Source of the DNA: a virus | IMG/VR virus record: IMGVR_UViG_3300030397_000824 | Coordinates: 37,047 to 101,046 of that record | Length of the DNA: 64,000 bases | Direction: 5' to 3' (one strand) | Shown: positions 1-7,859 of the stretch, in pieces | Layout of the letters: each line of letters starts with the position of its first letter | Numbering within the stretch: position 1 is the first letter of the stretch | Program-made: the position numbers and the translations under genes | The notes under the pieces: model-generated | The model's database searches: none | The model's input: only the letters and a program-made list of their open reading frames with translations | What the model was told of the DNA's origin: nothing

Positions 1-172
1 CGTTGTTCGCGGGTTCCAACCAGAGGTAATCTCTGGTTGCCTGTCTGTCTCTCGGGTTTATCAGTTCATAATGATAGTTCTTACACACATCCAGCACGGG
101 GGAGCGCACGAATTGGCTCATGAAGTACGTGCTACAGGAACGGGGCTCGGCTAAAACAATTAACTGGGGCAT
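1..172 (-). CDS. Sulfotransferase-like protein, N-terminal part (runs off window)
   Basis: Manual translation MPQLIVLAEPRSCSTYFMSQF...; PRSxST resembles the PAPS-binding 5'-PSB loop; not in ORF track. Confidence 0.5.
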   Translation of the reverse strand, partial: MPQLIVLAEPRSCSTYFMSQFVRSPVLDVCKNYHYELINPRDRQATRDYLWLEPANN

Positions 173-202
173 ACTCAAATGTATACCCCAGTATTGGTTA
201 TA

Positions 203-1105
203 TCAAGAAAAGTCAACCATCCGCTTGATAGGCACCCTCACACGCTCTATTTGAGCGTCTGTGATGTAATCTATCCGAACGCCGGTCTTACCATCCATCG
301 CGTCTTGGACCTTCTGGAGCGTATTCAGCTTCATATACGGGCATGTCGTGCACCGACACCCGTTGTAAACAGGAACCTGATGAATATTCAGTTCGGGACG
401 CATCTCTCGCATGATCTCCACGAGTTCATATTCCGTGGCCACATAGATGTGGGCGTCCCGTAGGCCATTGTAAGCGTCGATCCACTGAAGCATACCTTTG
501 GTCGAGGATACATGATCCGACATGTTCAGGATGGCCAGAGGGCTCTCAGGGTGCGAGATAAGGAATCGCTTGGCTACGTCGTGCGCTGAGAACAGTTCAT
601 TCAACCGATCCCGGTCAAATTGGTCGTGCACTTCACACACCGCAGACCATGATGGTATATCGGTTCCGAGATTGTGGTTCAGGTACGCACCCATGTTTCG
701 GTCGGGAGAGAATATTACCTTCCGACCCGCATCGAGGAGATGATTAACAATGGGTTCAACGTTGCGCGACGTTACAATCCAGTCAGCCTGTTCTTTTTGC
801 TCGACACTGGAGTTGATATACATCACGTGCGTGTGGTCCGCGTGCGCCTCGCGCCAGCGGGTAAGTTCCTCAATATTGGTTTGTTCCACGAGTGAGCACG
901 TAGCATTCCAATCCGGTATGATAACTTCCGCATCCGGGCAAAGTACTTTTGCAGTTTCGGCCATGAACCGGACACCAGCAAAGACAATTCTGTCTGCTTG
1001 TTCTTCTTCGGCTATGGTTGCTAGTTCTAGACTGTCCCCAACATAGTCTGCTATGCGTTGGACTTCGATGGGCGCATAATAATGCGCAAGTAGTAGTGTT
1101 GACAT
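203..1105 (-). CDS. nadA: Quinolinate synthase (4Fe-4S)
   Basis: LAHYY, GDSLEL, GVRFMAETAK, TCSL, CEVH, CPYMKLNTL with the three cluster cysteines; start moved to ATG 1105 (GGAG upstream). Confidence 0.93.
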   Translation of the reverse strand: MSTLLLAHYYAPIEVQRIADYVGDSLELATIAEEEQADRIVFAGVRFMAETAKVLCPDAEVIIPDWNATCSLVEQTNIEELTRWREAHADHTHVMYINSSVEQKEQADWIVTSRNVEPIVNHLLDAGRKVIFSPDRNMGAYLNHNLGTDIPSWSAVCEVHDQFDRDRLNELFSAHDVAKRFLISHPESPLAILNMSDHVSSTKGMLQWIDAYNGLRDAHIYVATEYELVEIMREMRPELNIHQVPVYNGCRCTTCPYMKLNTLQKVQDAMDGKTGVRIDYITDAQIERVRVPIKRMVDFS

Positions 1106-1166
1106 GACAAGGCTCCCTTGACAAATGATTGCCATCGGCCTATCCGATGGTCTTACCTATTATTTA

Positions 1167-1349
1167 TCACTTCTTGGAAGAATTGTCAAATAAATCATCG
1201 ATGGTAATTTTCATGAACTGTTCCTTATGTTTTTCAACACTACCGAGAAAGTTCAGGGGAAGGATGGGTTCTTCACCGGGCTTCATCTGCATCCTCATGT
1301 TTTTCATGAAACGATTCCAGATTTCTTCTTTGGTTTCTTCATTATTCAT
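1167..1349 (-). CDS. Hypothetical protein (60 aa)
   Basis: ATG 1349 overlaps upstream TGA (ATGA); MNNEETKEEIW... Confidence 0.6.
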   Translation of the reverse strand: MNNEETKEEIWNRFMKNMRMQMKPGEEPILPLNFLGSVEKHKEQFMKITIDDLFDNSSKK

Positions 1350-1840
1350 TGTATAGTAGTCCCGAGCATTAGGTGTTTGCATTTCTTGAACATCGGGTTG
1401 CTGTGGCTTCGGTCTTGTCCATCGAGCCACAAGATGTAATGCATCATTTCGTGGCTGGTGACATATCCGTGTTCCCATCGAAGGTCGTTGAGAATAACCC
1501 GTGTGTATTGATGATCTACCCAAATAACCCCGGCAGCTTTCTTGGTATCTCCGTTGCTATCGGTGTATGTGACATTATCGGCATTGATGTAGTGAATGTG
1601 TAATGGTTTCTTCTTGATGTTCATCGTAATGCCGGTGCATTCTTCGATGGCTCTCCACCACTGATTCACCAAACTCAAGTACGACCCGGGCAAGGGATGG
1701 GTCAGTTTGAACTCGGCATTTCGTTCGGTAATATTCTCGGGGATATCTGGAGCATTAACATCACGAAGGTCGTCATCATCTACATCGAGGATTCCACAAC
1801 CCACTATAAGCGCCGACAGTAATATCAAATATTTCATCAT
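1346..1840 (-). CDS. Lipoprotein with HExxH zincin motif
   Basis: Signal peptide and lipobox LIVGC; SHEMMH; ATGA coupling at both ends. Confidence 0.7.
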   Translation of the reverse strand: MMKYLILLSALIVGCGILDVDDDDLRDVNAPDIPENITERNAEFKLTHPLPGSYLSLVNQWWRAIEECTGITMNIKKKPLHIHYINADNVTYTDSNGDTKKAAGVIWVDHQYTRVILNDLRWEHGYVTSHEMMHYILWLDGQDRSHSNPMFKKCKHLMLGTTIQ

Positions 1841-2055
1841 AGTTCCCAATCCGGCACGTCACGATCAACAGCATTCTCTTCACCACATGAAGGACAGCGA
1901 CCATGCTCACCATTTGCGTATGACGGGCCTGCTGCAACGAATCCAATCTCATCGCCATGTAATTCAATACCACAGTGATGACAGTAATAGTATGCTCGCG
2001 GCCCTGCCGGATTCGTCCCACGCTTGTATGCGTATTTCGCGGTGCTCATATCCAT
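1837..2055 (-). CDS. Small zinc-ribbon protein
   Basis: CHHC...CPSC; translational coupling to next gene. Confidence 0.65.
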   Translation of the reverse strand: MDMSTAKYAYKRGTNPAGPRAYYYCHHCGIELHGDEIGFVAAGPSYANGEHGRCPSCGEENAVDRDVPDWEL

Positions 2056-2057
2056 GA

Positions 2058-2267
2058 TTATTTCTCCGTAATGATAGTCAGTTGGCAGTGGTTGTCCAAA
2101 CGGAACGATCCTTTGTCCAGACCTAGTTGCACAGCATGCTGAAACTCCGCAATGGTGATACGACCGAGGAACATTTCATGGGTTTCCTTCAGGGATGCCG
2201 TTTCGATTGCTTCGAGGTATTCCACAATCTTGTCGATGTTCTGTAAATTCTTTTCGGTGTCATTCAT
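2058..2267 (-). CDS. Hypothetical protein
   Basis: Fills the operon; likely start MNDTEK at 2267. Confidence 0.55.
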   Translation of the reverse strand: MNDTEKNLQNIDKIVEYLEAIETASLKETHEMFLGRITIAEFQHAVQLGLDKGSFRLDNHCQLTIITEK

Positions 2268-2766
2268 TGTTGGCTGTCTCCATGGTGGCCAGTTCAGCCC
2301 ACCCGAGTTCAATAAGTTCATCAAGTGCCGCTAGATGTTTCTTCGATATGGAAACTACTTCGAGATCGTCAACCATGGCATCTACATTATCGTTGTCAAA
2401 TGCGGCATAATTGGCTACTTCTTGTGCTGTGTACGCATCATAATCAAACGAAGCGCTGTAATCAGTATGATTGACAACCACACGTAGATATACCGTTTTC
2501 ATGAAGCTGCTGGATTTCCACGGTAAGTCTTTTCCGTTGTTTTTATAATCCATGTACAATTCGAAGAACGAGCCCTCGTAATTTGTCAGTCGATCCAGAC
2601 ATACCTCAGCACCCTTCTTGAAAATCCGGGTGGATGAAGAAAATTTCCCATCAGATCGCTTACACCATTGCATGTAATTCCCGGCGAACAGTTTTTGAAA
2701 CTCATAACCCATAGACTTGAGCTTACTGTAATCACCAACGAATTTGATGTATTTGTGAGTCGCCAT
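2260..2766 (-). CDS. Hypothetical protein (168 aa)
   Basis: ORF in tightly packed minus-strand operon. Confidence 0.7.
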   Translation of the reverse strand: MATHKYIKFVGDYSKLKSMGYEFQKLFAGNYMQWCKRSDGKFSSSTRIFKKGAEVCLDRLTNYEGSFFELYMDYKNNGKDLPWKSSSFMKTVYLRVVVNHTDYSASFDYDAYTAQEVANYAAFDNDNVDAMVDDLEVVSISKKHLAALDELIELGWAELATMETANNE

Positions 2767-2768
2767 GA

Positions 2769-3569
2769 TTATTTCCCGATGTTCTCGTTGAAGAATTGTA
2801 TCATACGTTGACGGCTGTCGTCACGTACTGATGCATTACCGGCAATGCTTCTTCCTTCATACGTTTGGTTTCGGACATTCAGGTCGAAAGCGTGCAAGGC
2901 ATCCTCATACATGATAACCTCCATCGTTTCACCCTTAACCATTCGTTGTTTGGTTTCGCATTCATAGGGATCGAGCCAGTCGTCTTGTCCGGCAGCGAAT
3001 ACCAGAATAGGGGAAACGGTTTTATGCATGGTGATCCCACACCACGGGTAGTAAGCCACCACTGCACGGAATCGGAGGTCGGGGTTCATACTGAGTTTGG
3101 GGCTATTACCACCGCTAGCGGCCTGTAGGGCTACACTACCGCCGTTGCTTTGTCCGACGAGGAAGACGTTATCAGAATCAACTTGCGGGTGCTCACGGAG
3201 CACTGAGAGCGCGTGGAAGGCATCATACAGTCGGTAGTCATGTGCATGAGCCAATTCTATGGTATCACACTGGTGTTTCAGGCCACGCGGGCCGAAGCTA
3301 TTCAGCACCAATGTAGCAAAGCCATTTTCACGAAGAACTTCGGCATGAGCATTCAGGCTGTCGATTCCTTTCTTGGTTCCACCACATCCATGCATCAGGA
3401 TAACAGTGGGATATCGTCCGTTCGGGGAAGGGGTTCGGAAGTCACCAGTGATTGTGGCATCGTATTTGTCCATAGCCACATCACTTTGAATGGCAATCGC
3501 GTTCGGATTGGTAGACGCGCAACCGGTCAATACCATTAATCCGAAAATAAACAACAATCTGATACCCAT
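2769..3569 (-). CDS. Dienelactone-hydrolase-family alpha/beta hydrolase lipoprotein
   Basis: Lipobox LTGC; HGCGG; nucleophile elbow GQSNGG; QDDW acid; HAF histidine. Confidence 0.85.
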   Translation of the reverse strand: MGIRLLFIFGLMVLTGCASTNPNAIAIQSDVAMDKYDATITGDFRTPSPNGRYPTVILMHGCGGTKKGIDSLNAHAEVLRENGFATLVLNSFGPRGLKHQCDTIELAHAHDYRLYDAFHALSVLREHPQVDSDNVFLVGQSNGGSVALQAASGGNSPKLSMNPDLRFRAVVAYYPWCGITMHKTVSPILVFAAGQDDWLDPYECETKQRMVKGETMEVIMYEDALHAFDLNVRNQTYEGRSIAGNASVRDDSRQRMIQFFNENIGK

Positions 3570-3598
3570 AACTCTTCCTCACATAATTTCCTGACGAA

Positions 3599-3626
3599 AG
3601 TATAACACATGAGAGATTTATGTCAA
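3599..3626 (-). promoter_or_regulatory. sigma70-type promoter
   Basis: TTGACA-N16-TATACT with extended TG, upstream of hydrolase operon. Confidence 0.75.
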
Positions 3627-3631
3627 GCAAC

Positions 3632-3658
3632 AAAAAGGGCTCCCGAAGGAGCCCTTTT
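3632..3658 (-). terminator. Rho-independent terminator after capsid gene
   Basis: AAAAGGGCTCC-TTCG-GGAGCCCTTTTT; C(UUCG)G tetraloop and U-tract. Confidence 0.92.
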
Positions 3659-3684
3659 GATTTGGAACTAAGTTCCGCCTTTGC

Positions 3685-4908
3685 TTACAAGAAGCTCAGG
3701 GTGGCTGCGTTGATACCAACCAGACCAAGGTAGTCCGCACTGTTACCCAGAGAAGTTGCGCTATTAACGAACTCCACATATCCGTAACGAGAGTAGAACG
3801 AGGTAACCAGTTCGAACGTGTTCGGATCGGTTACAACACCGTGGGTCGTCAGAGGTACGTATGGGCAGTAGAACGTAGCAGCATCAACTTCGCTGGAACC
3901 CTTGTAGCCGATGAGGACTGGAGTGTCGTCGTCAGCGTAGTTGTCAACGTAGATGCGCATGCTGTTGTTCAGCGTACCAACGTACTTGTTGTTGGTTGGA
4001 GCATCAAAGGAACCCTCAGTCGTGCGTGCGAAAGCAGAAGCACGAGCAGACTCGATAACGGTCAGGATAGTCGGAGATACGACTGCCCAGTTACCTTTAC
4101 CGCGACGGGTACGAACAGCGATGCGGTTTGCTTCGCGACCGATGAGTACTGCCAGAGCAGCGAACTCGTCAACAACCGAAGTAGCTTGACCAGAAACAGC
4201 GGACTGGTCGAAGGTGTTTGCGGCGGTTGGAGTAGGCGGCAGGGCGCGGAGGCTACGCAGGATTTCCTGATCGATTTCGACAGTGATGTCCTGTGCAACT
4301 GCGGCCAGCAGTTCTTCTTCAACGTCAACGCCGTACTGGTTCTGAGCGTCAGTCTGAGCTTCGACGGTCCAACGTGCGGACAGACGACGAGACTTGGCTT
4401 CAACAACCTGCTTCAGCATTTCGAGCTTAACTGCGTTACCCGGAACACCTTCAAGCTGTGCAGTCAGAGCACCAGCAGGTGTAGCGGCAACTTCGTTACC
4501 AGAGTAAGCGGCAGCAAGGTCACGAACGTGCAGCGGAGCCAGCATTTCTTCACCAGCGATGGTACCAGCGCCAGATGAAGTGGTGCCGTATACGTAGCGC
4601 AGAGTCATGATCTGAGCGACCGGACCCGGCATCGGCTGGACACCGACCAACTCGTTAGCGATAACGTTCGGCAGTACGCGGCGAATGATTGGAAGAATGA
4701 CCTTGTTAAGGGTCGCGATGTTGCCGGTTGAGACGGCGGAAGCGGAAGCGTTCTCCATCAGGTACTTCTGACGGTTCACGAATTCCTTGCGCGTGTTCTC
4801 AAGGATGTGGCCCAGTTGCTTGGCACGCTTAGGAGCGAGACCGTCGCAAAGAGCATCCTTGATGCGCAGCCACTTGGAAGAAGCCTTCTCAGTGATTACG
4901 TTTGCCAT
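3685..4908 (-). CDS. gp23: Major capsid protein (T4 gp23-like)
   Basis: VILPIIRRV.P..IANELVGVQPM.GP, VEAKSRRLSARWT.E, EID.EI, YCPYVPL, SRYG; AGGAG RBS. Confidence 0.97.
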   Translation of the reverse strand: MANVITEKASSKWLRIKDALCDGLAPKRAKQLGHILENTRKEFVNRQKYLMENASASAVSTGNIATLNKVILPIIRRVLPNVIANELVGVQPMPGPVAQIMTLRYVYGTTSSGAGTIAGEEMLAPLHVRDLAAAYSGNEVAATPAGALTAQLEGVPGNAVKLEMLKQVVEAKSRRLSARWTVEAQTDAQNQYGVDVEEELLAAVAQDITVEIDQEILRSLRALPPTPTAANTFDQSAVSGQATSVVDEFAALAVLIGREANRIAVRTRRGKGNWAVVSPTILTVIESARASAFARTTEGSFDAPTNNKYVGTLNNSMRIYVDNYADDDTPVLIGYKGSSEVDAATFYCPYVPLTTHGVVTDPNTFELVTSFYSRYGYVEFVNSATSLGNSADYLGLVGINAATLSFL

Positions 4909-4952
4909 TATTCTATTCCTCTCCTGTGAGTTTCGTTCGGAAATTTGTACGA

Positions 4953-4960
4953 GTATTTAG
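4953..4960 (-). promoter_or_regulatory. Late (gp55-type) promoter
   Basis: CTAAATAC upstream of capsid gene; T4 late consensus TATAAATA. Confidence 0.7.
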
Positions 4961-5024
4961 ATTGTTGGGTTAAGTTACTCGTATTACACCCCGAAAAATG
5001 GTTAATTTTTAAAAAACGGGATGA

Positions 5025-6107
5025 TTAATCGTTCATTCCCGCTCGACGTTGGATATCGACGATTTCGTCGTCGTCCTCGGTAGTTGCAGACTCAACCAGA
5101 GTCTTTGGACCACCAGTTTTGAGTTCAACGACGGCCTCCTCAATCTTTCGACTGCGGGTTTCTGTCGTACTCCTCTTTGCTTCATTCAACATTTCGGGGA
5201 GCAACTTCTTGTAGGTTGCTGCCAAACGATCTGTTGATGTCGCTTCTAGGATGTGCTTCATCTTTGTGTGGGTTGCACCCTTCAAAGGTTTCAGCATTTT
5301 GTTGATTGCCTGAGTCCGTACAACTGACTCTTCAATCTTCTTGGCCTTGCCTTCAGCAGATTGTGCACGCTGGTCGGCTTCCTTGACCATCTTCCAAGCC
5401 TTGTCCTTGACTGTGTTGAGTTCGCTCTTGGCTTCCTTCAACTGGTCAACAACCGCACGGAATTCCTTGCTGCTGTCGAAGAACTGACGACGGAAAGTAG
5501 TCATGAATGACTCATAAATTTCCCGACCGAAGTCTGCTTCGCGTGCAGCTTTAATGTCTTCACGAAGTTCGTCCAGTGTACCTTGAACTTGAACGTTAAC
5601 GATGTTCTCAAGTACAGCGGCACCCTTCTGACGAAACGCTTCCTTGTCAGCTTCGGCTTGTGCCTTGGCTTCGGTGATGGCGTTCATGTAAGCGCGACGA
5701 TTTACCTTTTCGGACTCGTGTAGTTCAGCAAGTTCCTTGGCGAGGACGTTTTCGATAACCTTTTCCAAAGCACCGAGGCGCTTTGCGACGTATGCACGAG
5801 CTTCTTCCTTGACTGCGACGGACTTTTCAGCATACTGCTTCTTCATTCCGTCAACTTCGTCAATACCTTTCTTGAAGTCAGCAACCGCACCAGAAAGTTC
5901 CTGTTCTAGGAACTGCTCCAAAGCAGCATGCATGTTCTTCTTTTCTTTGTTGTAGCGCTCGGACAATTCCGCACGAAGTGCCTTCTCTTGCTCCACCTTA
6001 GCTTCGTCGAGAACCTTAGCAAAGGTAGTAGAGAGCTTTTCCTTCGTAGCGTCGTCAAGTACATCGATACCCTCGAAGACGTTCTTCAGAGTGTTATCTA
6101 GTTTCAT
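5025..6107 (-). CDS. Prohead scaffold/core protein (gp22-like)
   Basis: Long coiled coil between protease and capsid; ATG 6107 overlaps protease TGA. Confidence 0.85.
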   Translation of the reverse strand: MKLDNTLKNVFEGIDVLDDATKEKLSTTFAKVLDEAKVEQEKALRAELSERYNKEKKNMHAALEQFLEQELSGAVADFKKGIDEVDGMKKQYAEKSVAVKEEARAYVAKRLGALEKVIENVLAKELAELHESEKVNRRAYMNAITEAKAQAEADKEAFRQKGAAVLENIVNVQVQGTLDELREDIKAAREADFGREIYESFMTTFRRQFFDSSKEFRAVVDQLKEAKSELNTVKDKAWKMVKEADQRAQSAEGKAKKIEESVVRTQAINKMLKPLKGATHTKMKHILEATSTDRLAATYKKLLPEMLNEAKRSTTETRSRKIEEAVVELKTGGPKTLVESATTEDDDEIVDIQRRAGMND

Positions 6108-6760
6108 CTTGATTTTCTCCACTTGTACTGGTCCCTGATGTCAGTCAGAAAACCAGTAATTTCTTTTTCAAAATACTTCTGCGCTGCCGGGTCTGTTTTC
6201 ACATACTCCGACAAATACACGGCCTCTTGACCGTGCTTATTCATTCGTAGACTTTCAGCCAAACTAATGTTCGGGTAAGCACCGTGTGCACTCGGGTTGG
6301 CAACAATGTCAACAGTTACGATGTCAAAATCACTTACGTGACCGCTTGAATCGATGTTGCCTGAACCCCGTGAACTAACACCTACCTGAAGACCAGCTTC
6401 AATGGCTCCACCAACGATGAGACCGAGACCAGCTTTAATGACCTTGATTGTTCCAACACCATTTGCTCCTTCCGAATGAATCTCCGTAATAACGTGGGAG
6501 ATTCGGTCGAAGTTGATGTTCAAACCTTCGGGATGGTCACACTCTCCTGCGACTGGGCCGTGAGACTCAATCTTTTCTTGGAGTTGGCGGACCGCACCTT
6601 CAATCACATTCTTCGGGTAAACCCGACCATTGTGATTTTCGCGTTCACCTTCCAGAAATACACCCTTCAAATAGTAGAAACCACTATTATCAGTAGCCGC
6701 TTCAGCGATAAGTGACTTACCGTCTGCTGCGATCATTTCTGCTAGGTATTGCTTGGTCAT
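6104..6760 (-). CDS. gp21: Prohead protease (T4 gp21-like)
   Basis: N.NGRVYP, GECDHP, GVSSRGSG, DIVANPSA. Confidence 0.95.
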   Translation of the reverse strand: MTKQYLAEMIAADGKSLIAEAATDNSGFYYLKGVFLEGERENHNGRVYPKNVIEGAVRQLQEKIESHGPVAGECDHPEGLNINFDRISHVITEIHSEGANGVGTIKVIKAGLGLIVGGAIEAGLQVGVSSRGSGNIDSSGHVSDFDIVTVDIVANPSAHGAYPNISLAESLRMNKHGQEAVYLSEYVKTDPAAQKYFEKEITGFLTDIRDQYKWRKSR

Positions 6761-6787
6761 AAACTGTTTCCGGTTAATGATTGACTA

Positions 6788-7729
6788 TTAGTCTTCGTCC
6801 TTCTTCAGGAAGTCAGGCTTGTCGTCATCGTCATCATCATCGTCCTTGTCGTCATCATCCTTGTCGTCGTCGTCATCGCTGTCGTCGTCGCCTTTGGATT
6901 CCATACGGTAGGACTTGTCTTGGTGACCCATTCCTTCTTCGGCATCGATCTCTTCTTCGTCACCTACTGCTAGGTCACCACCCATTTCTGGGTCTTCGAG
7001 GTCAAGGTCAAAGTCGAAACCTTCGTCGCCGCCCATATCGTCATAGTCGTCACCCATTTCTGGTTCACCGCCCATTTCGTCATAGTCGCCGCCCATTTCT
7101 GGCTCGCCCATATCATCATAGTCGCCGTCCATTTCTGGCTCGCCGCCCATTTCGTCATCACCCATGGCCATTGATAGCGCGTCGTAGTCGTCATCGCCGT
7201 CTTCGACATCGCCGCCTTCGTCTTCGTAGCCAACACCACTAGCAATGCTTCCGGTACCCATACCGCCAGTCATTTCATCGAAAGGCATGTCAGGTCCAGC
7301 AGGTGCAGGAGTGTTCTGGTGATTATCCATGTGATCCATGTTCTCGAAGATGTCATCGAGGTTCAGGTCATCAGCAGACAGCAGTTCGGAAATGCTATCA
7401 GCAGATTCAAGAGCAGGCTCGGCTGGTGCATCAACTGCTGCGGCGTCTTCGGCAGGAGCAGATTGAGTAATAGCGCCAGACATGCTTGACGGATCAGTGT
7501 TGAGTTCTTCGAAGCGAATCTCTTCAGCTACAGAGGCGAGCGAGTCGTCAGCAGCTTCGAGGCGATCCCACAATTCGCGGGAGACTTCAAGTACTAGTTG
7601 GTGTAGAGATTCTTGGGCCTTCTCGGTGGCTCCCTCGTTTGAGACAACGAGCTTGCCGTTATCGTCCAAGGTGTAGCCCTCGAAGATGTTTTCCAAAACC
7701 TCAGTCATCATCTTGTTGTATCGGGACAT
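6788..7729 (-). CDS. Highly acidic prohead core/internal protein
   Basis: Position between portal and protease; D/E/G/M-rich, poly-D tail. Confidence 0.7.
   Translation of the reverse strand: MSRYNKMMTEVLENIFEGYTLDDNGKLVVSNEGATEKAQESLHQLVLEVSRELWDRLEAADDSLASVAEEIRFEELNTDPSSMSGAITQSAPAEDAAAVDAPAEPALESADSISELLSADDLNLDDIFENMDHMDNHQNTPAPAGPDMPFDEMTGGMGTGSIASGVGYEDEGGDVEDGDDDYDALSMAMGDDEMGGEPEMDGDYDDMGEPEMGGDYDEMGGEPEMGDDYDDMGGDEGFDFDLDLEDPEMGGDLAVGDEEEIDAEEGMGHQDKSYRMESKGDDDSDDDDDKDDDDKDDDDDDDDKPDFLKKDED
7028..7165 (-). repeat. Coding tandem repeat (~13 aa, D(E/D)MGGEPEMGxDY)
   Basis: About 3.5 imperfect 36-39 nt units (CCGCCCATTTC core on plus strand). Confidence 0.85.
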
Positions 7730-7778
7730 TTTAAAATTTCCTCTTAGTCGTTGTCTAAACGTCGGAATACCGTGCTTT

Positions 7779-7784
7779 TATTTA
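7779..7784 (-). promoter_or_regulatory. Late promoter
   Basis: TTAAATAA in intergenic region upstream of acidic core gene. Confidence 0.55.
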
Positions 7785-7859
7785 ATCAAGCACTTACTGA
7801 AACATGGAAGAAAGCCATGTTTTTGGTAATTTTTTCAAATTTTAAGTGTATAATCGGAT

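Noticed and set aside
3841-4578. 245-aa plus-strand ORF
   Set aside because: Antisense shadow of the capsid gene caused by its codon bias; same for 6781-7242, 11857-12399, 22498-23210, 43622-44263 and 61657-62619
7028-7165. CRISPR-like array
   Set aside because: Imperfect in-frame tandem repeats without unique spacers
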